Shown here: one piece after another, positions 1-10,963 of the stretch | Numbering within the stretch: position 1 is the stretch's first letter | Layout: every line of letters starts with the position of its first letter | From: Magallana gigas | Taxonomy: Eukaryota | Length of the DNA stretch: 64,000 bases | Assembly: GCF_963853765.1 (NCBI RefSeq) | Contig: NC_088854.1 | Location: 23,932,001-23,996,000, forward strand | Reading direction: 5' to 3' | Notes under the pieces: generated by a model | The model's database searches: none | Told to the model about the DNA's origin: nothing | What the model saw: the letters and a program-made list of their open reading frames with translations, nothing else | Program-made: the position numbers and the translations under genes

Positions 1-280
1 ATAAAGATTTCTTTAGCAAATTTTCAATTTCGAAATTTATGTCCGCAAACCGAATTCTTTTAAAAGTACTGCCAGTTTTTAAAAGTAAAATCGCGATATT
101 GTTTGGATTGCTATGTAGTAAAGCTGCAAAAATATTTTAAAATGGTCTCTTTATCTGAAACTTACTATAACAATAAAATCAATCCTTCAAAAGATTACAG
201 TAATATGTTACAAAAAATTAGTTAATTGGTATATTATGTCGCTTACATTTGAAAAGTATTTGTTAAAATCCTGAACAGCA

Positions 281-2089
281 ATGTACCCTTGTGATCTATT
301 TTCAACAGATTCTACCTCAACTGATGCTGTGTGTGGGTTCTGCAGCATAAAAACGAACCAACTAAAGAGGTGTAGTGGGTGTAAGGATTTGTCTTATTGC
401 TCTAAGGATTGTCAGAAACAAGATTGGAGTCGGGGACACGGAAGTAACTGTAAATTGGTTGGAAACAAAGAAAGGCCATCTCTTCCAAGGGTGTCTACGG
501 AAGAAAACTCTAGCAAAGGTGAAACGACCCCCGTCATGACAGATTCGGGAAGATGCTCAAAATGTAAAATTGGTGGCGAATTAAAACTTTGCCAGAGATG
601 TAAAAAATAGAAAAACTGTTCTGTCGAGTGTCAGAAAGTGGACTGGAAAAGTCATTAAGTCAATTGTTCAAAGGCACAAGGGAAAAGAATTAGAGAAAAT
701 GAAAAGAGGGTCGGGGATCTGTTACCTATATGTGCTTTTTGAAGAAATAAGAAGACATCTCTCGCTTGCTCGGGCTGTAAATCCGTGTATTATTGTTCCG
801 AGCCGTGTCAGAAACTTGACTTGGTCAGACACAAAACATTTTGTAGATAAAAAAAAATCCAACCAAAAATCAGAGAGACACTTAACAGCGTTCAATGCTT
901 CATGCTTGGTCTTGTCACACCTGAGGAACAGCAGGGGAAGAATCCAAACGATGGGAAACTACAACCTTCAGCGGAACAGATGCGTCTCTTTAGAGTGCTC
1001 ATTGCCGTCAGTGTCAAAGAATGTCAATTGAGGTACCTTTCCCTTACTGCAAGACAGTTATGCATTGCTCAATAGTATGCCGGGATCTTCATGAAACAGT
1101 CCATCAAAAGTCTTGCAGTTTTTTGCAGAACCAATCACACCAAGAAAATGCATCTGAAAAAACAGATAATTTTTCTTCTTTCAGTAAATCTGAAGTAGAT
1201 TTTAATGTTGAATATTAACCACACCATGCTATAATGCCATTTGGAATAAATCCGTTGTTCATTGATGATGGTGCAGATCTAGATTTGATAATAGAAAGAT
1301 CAGAACAATCACGTCTTGCAGCTATGACAAAAACTCGTCACAAGTTTCCGGACCACACTTTAGTAGTCCGCATCAGGGAAATCCCTCTGGAGGCAAAGTT
1401 TGCTTCAAACATTTACACATGTTCGCAACCCTTCCTTGTTCCTTTCCTACATTAGAAGGTATCATCAATACCGAGGACGCCATAATGTTTATTTACAGGT
1501 TTGCTTATTAATCATATGATAATAAGTCATATTGTTAATCTGTATTCATCTCATTTCAAAATGTACAATAACACATTGTTGCACATAGTAAATATTAAGA
1601 AAAACAGCTTTAGCAGAAAAGGTAAACAGTTAAATATTCATGAAAGAAATGTCAGATTAGGAGGGACTATTGAAAGTAAGAGCCAGTCGGCGTTGGAGTG
1701 TGATTGGTTCTAGTTTTCCATTCTAGTTAAGAGATAATTTTGTGTAATCATTCGAAGTTAAAATTTACTCTCTGACGTATATCTGAAGAAATCTTTGAAA
1801 GTTGCCTTTCTATCGATATTTGTATTTTTGTTCAAGTCCCATTGTAGAGCTGTGGATTTGTAGCTCTATTATTTTTCGCCTCTATTTTAAGGACTCTGAA
1901 CGGCGGGAGATTTACGCTAGTTTCTACCTCCCAAATGATGACCCTTCACCATACTTCCGATGGAGTGACGTAGTTCCTGGGAATTTCATCGCCATTTTGT
2001 CACCTTGCATACATTTTTTCAATGACGGAACGGTCGGTTTACGAGTGGATAAAGCCAGTTATGTTTACTGCTTTGGTGTAAAGAACTAA
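281..2089 (+). pseudogene. Multi-MYND zinc-finger protein gene with an uncharacterised C-terminal domain, disrupted
   Basis: Four MYND-type Cys/His arrays read across frames: CGFC..CSGCKDLSYCSKDCQKQDWSRGHGSNC; CSKC..CQRCKK*KNCSVECQKVDWKSH*VNC (in-frame TAG 608-610 and a further TAA); CSGCKSVYYCSEPCQKLDLVRHKTFC (~765-845); CRQCQR..YCKTVMHCSIVCRDLHETVHQKSC. In-frame TAA at 1216-1218 splits ORFs 1021-1218 and 1234-1455. C-terminal piece 1802-2089 (..YASFYLP..GNFIAILSPCIHFFNDGTVGLRVD). Splice acceptor (aacag) immediately before the ATG. Confidence 0.75.
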
Positions 2090-3419
2090 CGACGATAATG
2101 TTTGGAAAAATACATCTACGAGTGTCAGTAATTGTATAGCTATCAAAAATAATATTTTCAATGTAAGACGATGAGAATTTGTAATATAAATACATGAAGT
2201 TAATGTTTGTGAAATGATTTCGGATTGAATTGAAGTTTTATTTATTTGATGCCAATATATGATGTGTCAGACATTACAGGATTGCTAAAGTCAGTTTGCT
2301 CATTCAGATACTATTTTGTCATTGTAGATTTCGGTTTTCTTACTCCCTGTTGATGACTTATTCCGCCTTTATTTATGACCAAACTTTCCTTACTTATTTA
2401 CTTACTTGTAAAATCTAGATAATAACTGTACATCTTGTACAAAGAAATCAAGTTACAATGTAATCTGATTAACATACCATTCAATACTTTGGTACAGTGT
2501 GATGTTATTATTATTCAATCAATCAATCACATAATTATTTTCAGCTTGTTTATAGTATCGATAAAATCTTAAAACAATAAAATTGTAGTTGTCTAAAATT
2601 GTATAACGTTTTAAACAATTTTTTACAAATACCTTATAAAGTATTTTTTTTAATAATCACAATGGTAACACGAAAGCAAAATGTACAGAAATTTAATGTT
2701 ATTAAACATTTTAGATCGAAAAAAATGTCCTTATACATAAGGAACGGGAAATAACTAAACAATATAACAACATTAACTGGGAAAGAAATTTCGAAGGACG
2801 TAAGATCGTTTAATTTGTAATATTATAAAAATATATTTTCAAATCATATTGAAAAATAAACATTGGTAAACAAAGGTAAACAAAAGGCTTTTTCATGATA
2901 AGGACGTTAACATATTTAATACTTTATAATAAATGATTGCAATTTGTTTTCAACAGACATTTATCATTACTCTTGTTTGAACAGACCACAAATTTAAAAC
3001 TATATTGGTTTTACACCGCAGAAAATTTGGCGTGTAAAAACCTCAAAAAGGACACACAACAGAAAATAGTGGAAAGAAGTTTCACATACAGAAAAATCCA
3101 GGTAACTTTGTCTTTTTTGAGTTTTTAATATATCGAAGAGAGAATATACGTTGTTACTCTCATTCGATCGTTTTAAACAGTAATTTTGTTGTCTTGTGAG
3201 ACAGTGAAGATTCCTTCCCCGAGAGTTAAATATACAAAATTAAACATCAAATTCATAAGATTAAAATCAAAGTATTATGATTTTTTTTCTATATGAAATG
3301 ATGTGGCATTGATATTCCTAGACTCCTTTTTTCTATCTTTCGACATTTTATTTCTTTACACCATCGTAGGATATCATAAGAATGCGTTATATTCGTTTCT
3401 TTTAGTTTTATTAAGTGGT

Positions 3420-5375
3420 TGAATTTCAACAAACAACTGTGCGGTGGACTTTAATCCTTTGGCCAGTATAATGATCTGGCTGACAAAAGAGGTCCAATCA
3501 TTGCCGAATTCTCTTTGTGTGACTGATGTTTACATCAGTTGTTCAGATTGTGAATTTAAGTTTCAACGAGCTTGAACAAAGTCCAGTTCAAGGTTCTCTC
3601 CCAGCCATCCTTCAAGTTCTTGATCTGTCCCATAATAAAATCAAAATGTTCCCCCAAAACACATTCAATTGATGGTTTGTCATCTCTTCGAATATTAAAC
3701 ATTAATTAAAATCATTTGTTACTGGACGATAATATTTTCTACAAAGGCGTTTAAAGCAATTTGAAAGCTTTATGGCACTTGGATATGCACAACAACTCTC
3801 GCAATTTTTGTGGAAAATGTAACATGTACCCTGGAACAGCCTTACAAGATATAGTCTCTCTACGCTCATTGCATTGCAAACAACCAATTTGATCAACTTC
3901 CTAGAAAAATCTTCCAAGGTTTTGTCAATCTTAGAGCTCTAAACCTTAACAATAACGCTATAAATGATGTTGATTTTGATATACATCACATGAACAACAT
4001 AAACATGTTAAATCTCTCACACAATTTTATTCGGTATTTTGACGAAAAGTTTACATCGCAGATAGATCTTATACCGTATTCACTTGCTATAAGTCTATAG
4101 TCTGTCCCAAGATATTTTTGCCGCATATTTTCTTAAATTATTCAATATCTATAAATACCTCTTGGTTCAGACGATGTTCATTCAATAGTATGAAAAAATC
4201 CCAAGATTTCCCCTTTGAAACGCCCCCTCTAGCTTGTCGGGTATCAGTACACGGCTAAAAATAAAAAGTCTACGAGGTTTTTCCATTGCCAAGGAGATGA
4301 AGACGCCCGGATGATAACGTTGAAAAATTGCGCGAGGGGTCCCGAGTATTTCCGAATGGAGAAAAGATGTCAACATTCCCCATTATAAATCTCCGTAGGA
4401 AATCTGTTTTCGTTCCTGTGAATTTTTACGAGGGAAAAATGATAATGTGTGAATGAAGTTATATTGGGAATTTTCCCTTCCATCGATTTTAATTGCACTT
4501 CAGTCACAGGTATGTGTATTTTTATTAAAAATCGTTCAAATATGCAGCAAAAATAACTTGGGACAGACTATAGAAAGCAATCCAGTAGAATGCTCCTGTC
4601 GCTGTCTGTCGCTCTTAAAATGGTTTCAACAAAAAACGAACTCGCATTCTGTAACGTTCATAAATTATCATCTATATAACTGTTCGGATGCGAAAGGGTC
4701 TCCTATAAACGATGGTTTTGCTACAACTGATACCATTATTCATAAACTTGATATCAAATGTAGAAACGCTGAATGGTATGTTCTTGTCAATGTATCATTT
4801 TGACTGTGTTTTCTTTGCTTCTGATATGCATTTTTACCAGCTAGAAGCACAAATGGAAAATAATTCAATATTTTGTTTATTTGGCTAAACGCCAAATGTT
4901 TAAGAAAGGTTACGAACGTGTGGGAGATAAAACTAATTTCAAATATGACGTTTTCGTCTCTTACGCTGAAGGAAACAGGTCTTTTGCCACAAAAGAGGTC
5001 GTCAAACGACTGGAGGTAGAAGCAGGATTCAACGTGTGTCTCCATGACAGGGACTTTGTTCCTGGTACGGACATATCTGATAACATCATTGGCGCCATTT
5101 GGCATAGCAGAAAGATCATATTTGCAGTATCCTCTCACTTCATAAAGTCTGATTGGTGCATGTATGAATTCCATATGGCAAGGTATGAGGAAACAGTAGT
5201 GCGTAAACGTAACTGTTTTGTACAATGTATTTCTGGGGGACATTAATATTCCTGTGAAAGAACTACCTTATAAAATCGCATAGGTTCGAGATCACACTGT
5301 GTTTGCTGACTACCCACGAAACGGTAAGAATGAGACCAATTTGTGGAGTGTTCTTATTGATGCTGTACAAGAATA
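3420..5375 (+). pseudogene. Toll-like receptor pseudogene, paralogue of the two intact TLRs
   Basis: Aligns by eye to the TLR at 7452: VVQIVNLSFNELEQSPVQGSLPAILQVLDLSHNKIK (~3540-3650), then a ~1.1 kb internal deletion at ~3865, LRRs, a MITE at 4098-4570, LRRCT (NPVECSCRC..), a frameshifted TM segment and a TIR (ORF 4881-5246, YDVFVSY..RDFVPG..SDWCMYEF) with a further frameshift near the C-terminus. Confidence 0.9.
4098..4570. mobile_element. 473-bp non-autonomous DNA transposon (MITE), TA target-site duplication
   Basis: 33-bp TIRs with 2 mismatches (TAGTCTGTCCCAAGATATTTTTGCCGCATATTT / ..CTTGGGACAGACTA); TA at 4096-4097 and 4571-4572. Removing the element restores the paralogue sequence ATAAGTCTAGAAA (I-S-L-E). 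Confidence 0.9.
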
Positions 5376-7451
5376 ATGTCAACCGAATGATATTTATTGT
5401 TCTTGTGAGAAATGAGTTAAACCGAACCATACACTTTTGAATTTTGTGTAAACTTTTGCACATCTGTTATCTATAATGTTATTTTGAAAAAAATTGTTTA
5501 TGTATGTTATTCTTAAATAATCACAGAGAAAAAAACCATGTACTAACTATTCAATTTAAAATAATTCGATATTTTAAAAAAAATTATACTGAGTGAGAAA
5601 TATTTATATTATGCCCTGATGCCCCCCCCCCCCCCCCCAATAAACCATTGGCAGATCTCACTACAACAATATTGTAATGTAATGGCGTTAAATTGTTACC
5701 CTTTCAGCCTAATAATTTTACCCAATGAAATAAAGGAATACATCTACGTCAAAACAGCATACTGAAAACATCTTAATTGACGAATCTGGGGAGAGAACTA
5801 GTCATATCTTTTAGAATTGAATGAAGAGCTATTCGCCTCATTTTATTTTCGTCCCTTTTCTCTTGTTGTCAGTGGGAGAGTTAAAGACTTAAATTAGTAT
5901 TTTTTGATTTTCAACTTTAGATACAGACAACACGTAAAATGTTAAAACTTGTGAAGAAGAAAAATGATAATTCAGCCTACTAAATACAGGAAGCGTAGCT
6001 TTGAAAAAATGCGCAGATTATGCAAACAATAATAAAGAAAAGAAGTCAACAAATAACTAACAAAATCATTCTTCAAACTGTTGGAGACGTTTTGTGTGGA
6101 ATTCTTTTCTTGTTTAACAAATACAACGCTTCAAATTGACATTTATCCTAATTGTGTGAGTAAAATTTGACATATAGAATAAACCTATACCACAAAGAGG
6201 CTAAAATTGCGATAGCATAGTTAAAAATTTGCACAGGAAATACAATGTAGTAACATGATAGATTGATTTGAAAAGAACTGATTTGAGTTTAATTCCTTCT
6301 TACTTACGTTGGAATATTATGAAGCATGAAATTATCAATGTCGTTGTTTTTTTTTTATATTTGAGCGTATCTTCCAATAAAATACTTTTTCAACTGATTT
6401 ATTTAGACCGATTTTTATTATCTTACTTTTTTTCTCTTCAAATATCCCTTGATAATTCTGTTAACGAAACAAAGAAATCTATAGTTTTGAAAAAATACAT
6501 TTAAAATGGCCACGTACATATGTTGTTTTCAATATCCTCATTAAAAATTGAAATATCCAAAATAAACCATGTCAGAAACGTTGACTCAGTCGTAATAGAA
6601 AAGACATAAATCTTTACACTACTGAGAATTTTTTGATAAAGTAATAGAATTTAAAGAGCATTTGTGCGTTTTAAAGGTCTTACACAGTCCATCAAAGATA
6701 CTTTGTTCCACCATGGGGTTTTTAAGTGCGTCTGCAAATTGTTGATATCAATGCACATGCTTATTTAACTTTTAAGCGCACTGGATATGACATCGGTTAA
6801 CATTCTCACCGATCCCAATTTTTAAATACGGTAGGGACTTTTGTATAATTAGATGTAACAAGTACTTGTCTATGTTTTTTTCGCAAATTGCAGTTTTTAT
6901 TGTCATTTTTACATCGTAAACATGCTAGAATATCGTACATTTCAAATTACAACCAGTTTGTGATTGTCTGAGAAACTTTTTCAAAAGGTATGGAGAACCA
7001 TATGATGTCACATGTTTCTCTCTTTCTTTCTGCCATGTCTCTTTTCTTTTTCGTAGAGTTTTTAATTATTTATACCATCCGAATATTTTTTCCATTACAT
7101 TTTGAAAAAAGATTTACGAAAACGTTATATTCAAAAAGTCCATCGGCGGTACGTATTTCTACCGGTTTGATCGATCTGGATTTAAACCTGACAGAAAAAA
7201 AAATAGGTTAAACAAATTTGCTTAGTTCAATTTGTGCTGTTTGGTACAGTTTTGTTGTTGCCATTGAATTTTGTGGAACAGTGATATGAAATAACGATAC
7301 TGCAATACCTCTCTCTACCTCTCTCTCTCTCTCTTTCTTTCTCTCTCTCTTTTGTCTATTACTGTTTCTATACAATGTTTTTCTTTTGTTCCAGTGCTTA
7401 CCAAACTACTCCTTATTGATGATGACACTATACGAACATCAGAATGGAAGA

Positions 7452-10100
7452 ATGGAGTTGAAAAAAATTCTTCACGTCGTTGTTATCATCTGGCTAAGTA
7501 ACGAGGCTCAGGTGGTGTATAGCTCTATTTGTGTGGCTGATCCGGTATATTCTAATTGTTCATGTACCATTGCAAATAGAACAGTTATAGCTGACTGTTC
7601 ACATCTTGAGTTGAAAAAATCCCCAAAATTTACTTCAGTTGTGCAAATTGTAAATCTTAGCTTCAACGAGATGGAGCAAACACCAGTCCCTGGATCCCTT
7701 CCTGCTGGCCTGCAAGTTCTTGATCTTTCCCGTAACAAAATCAAGATTTTTCTCAAATCAACTTTTAATGGTTTATACTCTCTTCAAATTTTGAACATAA
7801 GCTCTAATCTCTTGACATTAGACGACATTACTTTCTACAAAGGCGTATTTGGAGATTTAAAAGCTTTGTGGCACTTAGAGATGCAGAACAACTCTTGCAA
7901 TTCCTCAAACCCAAAGGCCGTGTACCCAGGAACCGCATTACAGGATTTAATTTCTCTACGAGTATTAGAAATTGATGGATTACCAACATATAATTTTGGT
8001 CAAGAATTTTCAAAGCTTCGAAATTTGTCGGAATTAAACTTATCCCGTGGTTATTGCAATCTGAGTTTATATGGGCTCACTGAAACATACTTTCAATACC
8101 TCCAAGACCTAAAGGTTCTGGTTGTAAGAAATTGTTCAATAGCAAGCATACATAATAATACTTTCTTACTTCTTCGAAGTCTCAACTACTTGGATATATC
8201 GGATAATAATTTGTTAACCTTTTGTGGTTTCAAGAATGCTTCAGATGCTCTTATAGGATCCTTAATCAAAATATTCAAAGCAAATCGGATATACTGTGCA
8301 ATAGGGAGATCGACATTTGTGATCGGAAAGTTTTTTCAATCTCTTCGCAAAACAACCTTGGAGGAACTGTATCTCGATGACAACAAGATTGATTATGCTG
8401 AAGCTCAAATTGCTGCAGAGTTGCCTGTGACGCTCAGAAAGCTCTCTCTTAGCGGAAATAAACTTTCACTAGGGCGCTACATATTTATAAATGTTTCCCA
8501 TCTAACCGGCTTGAAAGAATTGGATATAAGCTATCAGAATAAGCATCTTAAAGCACCATATGTTGGCCAATATGCATGTCATGATTATCAAGTATCTATT
8601 AACTGTGATTGTGCAAATGTGGGTGATTATCTGACATATTCAAATCCTGAGATGAATGGGCTATCACAATCAGGCCAAAGACAATCGAGGACTTCATTAC
8701 ATGTTGAAGATAAGTCATGCGATCAGCCGGTAGAAATGATAACTATATTGCCACCAAACCTGACCTCAATAAATTTCGAATATTCGAAAGTTGGAGACAC
8801 CATTCCATTCATGCATTTAATGTATGATCATCTATATAAACTTAATTTGCGCGGAAACAGGTTTACAAGATGGGTAGGTCCCGTGTGCAATGCCACAAGT
8901 ATGCAGTATCTTGATCTTTCGGAAAACCTCTGCTCCGAAGTTTCAAAATCTTTTTTTAAAGAACTATCAGGACTGGAAACTTTAATTCTTGATAAAAATT
9001 ATTTAGTGTATCCACTTCGAAATGATCAGAACGGTGACATATTCCGACGTTTAAGAAATCTTCAAAATATAAGCATTGCAAACAATCAACTAGATCACCT
9101 TCCTAGAAAAATCTTCCATGGTCTTGTCAATTTAAAAGCTCTGAACCTAAGCACCAACGCCATTAATGTTGTCGATTTTGATATACAGCACATGTATAAT
9201 CTGAGCGTCTTAGATCTTTCAAATAATTTCATTAGATTTCTTGACGAAAACTTTACATCGCAGATAGATCTCATACCCTCGAATTCACTTGTGATAAGTC
9301 TAGAAAACAATCCATTAGAATGTTCTTGTCGCTCATTTTCTTTCTTGAAATGGTTTCAGAAGAAAAAGAACTCCCATTCCGTAACATTTGTAAATAATCA
9401 GCTATATAACTGTTCAGATGACAATGGGTACCCTTTAAACTCTGGTTTTGCTCAAATAGACGTCATCATACATAATCTTGAAGAAAAATGTAGAAAAACT
9501 GAATGGTATGTGTTGGTCATAATAATTATTTTGACAACTTTCGTTTTGTTGCTTCTTTGCATTTTCATCATTTATAGACATAAATGGAAAATTCGATATT
9601 TCGTTTATTTGGCTAAACGTGAAATGTTCAAGAAAGGCTATGAACGTCTTGGAGACGATAATAATTTCAAATATGACGTTTTCGTCTCTTACGCTGAAGG
9701 AAACAGGTCTTTTGCCACAAAAGAGGTCGTCAAACGACTTGAGGGAGAAGCAGGACTCAAAGTTTGTCTCCATGACAGGGACTTTGTTCCTGGTTCAGAT
9801 ATATCTGATAACATAATTGGCGCCATTCGCCATAGCAGAAAGATCATTTTTATTGTATCCTCTCATTTCATCAAATCGGATTGGTGCATGTATGAATTCC
9901 ATATGGCAAGGTATGAGGAAACAGTAGTGCGTAAACGAAACTGCACAATATTCGTATTTCTTGGAGACATTCCTTTGGCAGATTTGCCCTACAAAATCGC
10001 GCAAGTACGAGATCAAACTGTGTTTGCCGATTTTCCGCGAGATGCCAAAGAAGAGACTAATTTTTGGAATGTTCTCATCGACGCTGTCCACGAGCCTTGA
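7452..10100 (+). CDS. Toll-like receptor (signal peptide, LRRNT, LRRs, LRRCT, TM, TIR), single coding exon
   Basis: Uninterrupted ORF. Signal peptide MELKKILHVVVIIWLSNEAQ (alternative in-frame ATG at 7419; the track start 7386 is TTG); LxxLxLxxN repeats; NPLECSC LRRCT; TM WYVLVIIIILTTFVLLLLCIFIIY; TIR box1 YDVFVSY, BB loop RDFVPG, box3 FW. Polypyrimidine tract and AG acceptor at 7393-7394. Confidence 0.95.
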   Translation: MELKKILHVVVIIWLSNEAQVVYSSICVADPVYSNCSCTIANRTVIADCSHLELKKSPKFTSVVQIVNLSFNEMEQTPVPGSLPAGLQVLDLSRNKIKIFLKSTFNGLYSLQILNISSNLLTLDDITFYKGVFGDLKALWHLEMQNNSCNSSNPKAVYPGTALQDLISLRVLEIDGLPTYNFGQEFSKLRNLSELNLSRGYCNLSLYGLTETYFQYLQDLKVLVVRNCSIASIHNNTFLLLRSLNYLDISDNNLLTFCGFKNASDALIGSLIKIFKANRIYCAIGRSTFVIGKFFQSLRKTTLEELYLDDNKIDYAEAQIAAELPVTLRKLSLSGNKLSLGRYIFINVSHLTGLKELDISYQNKHLKAPYVGQYACHDYQVSINCDCANVGDYLTYSNPEMNGLSQSGQRQSRTSLHVEDKSCDQPVEMITILPPNLTSINFEYSKVGDTIPFMHLMYDHLYKLNLRGNRFTRWVGPVCNATSMQYLDLSENLCSEVSKSFFKELSGLETLILDKNYLVYPLRNDQNGDIFRRLRNLQNISIANNQLDHLPRKIFHGLVNLKALNLSTNAINVVDFDIQHMYNLSVLDLSNNFIRFLDENFTSQIDLIPSNSLVISLENNPLECSCRSFSFLKWFQKKKNSHSVTFVNNQLYNCSDDNGYPLNSGFAQIDVIIHNLEEKCRKTEWYVLVIIIILTTFVLLLLCIFIIYRHKWKIRYFVYLAKREMFKKGYERLGDDNNFKYDVFVSYAEGNRSFATKEVVKRLEGEAGLKVCLHDRDFVPGSDISDNIIGAIRHSRKIIFIVSSHFIKSDWCMYEFHMARYEETVVRKRNCTIFVFLGDIPLADLPYKIAQVRDQTVFADFPRDAKEETNFWNVLIDAVHEP

Positions 10101-10963
10101 ATTTACAACTATGTTTATAAGAGTATTACGAAAAGACGTGCTTCATCTATCAATGCAAAGTATCTAAGATCCATCGTAGAACTGCATCATGTACCGGTTC
10201 CTAATTAAAGTAGATCCAGTGTTCTTTAAAGTCATACTTTTTTGTAAAACTTTGAGTTCTTTACAGTTTGTGCAAAATAGTTTTATTTATTTTATGGGAA
10301 TATAATCACATGTATATAATTAGAAATACTGTTAAGTTCAAGATATTTTCGCAGGTTATTTTTACCCTAAATTTCCAATAATTTTTTTTACATTTTTTAG
10401 ATGCTAAGGGGAAATAACCCTTTTTTTTTACTTTTTTATTTCAGTTGTATGTCTAAATGCTATAGTTTTTCTTATCCCAACGATAAATTCAAAAATATTT
10501 TTGTAGTTTTAGTTTTCTGATAAAGTTGACAATGAAATTAAACAAGATAAACGAATTTCTGAATGCAAAAATTTTTACCTTTAACCAAAAGAATACGGTT
10601 TTCTGATGTTAAAATATGCTTTAGTTTATATTTATCGGGCACCTCAAAGAGTGTGATGACATGTATATTTTTTCTAGCAATTGATGAAATTTAATTCTAT
10701 TAAGTTGAAATCAGTTCGGTTTTTCAACTTTCATCAGAGAACTTTACGAGTATGGAGTTACCTTAACTGTCAATATCATGGTGAGAGACTACATATTATA
10801 AAAGTTGTTTTATCTTTTCTTGAATAATGTGTTTTTCTTATTCCTTTGCTTTTGATTAAAGTTATGTTGTCTATTACCGTTGTCTTTGTTTATACAATTG
10901 ATAAACACACATTAGAAATATATCTATAAAATTAAAAAAGTCAAAGTTAACAAGAAGAAGAAT

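Noticed and set aside
4740-10091. Minus-strand ORFs over the TLR genes (4740-5243, 9435-9773, 9795-10091; also 29423-29923)
   Set aside because: Antisense shadows of TIR/LRR coding sequence; their recurrence reflects paralogy of the sense genes.
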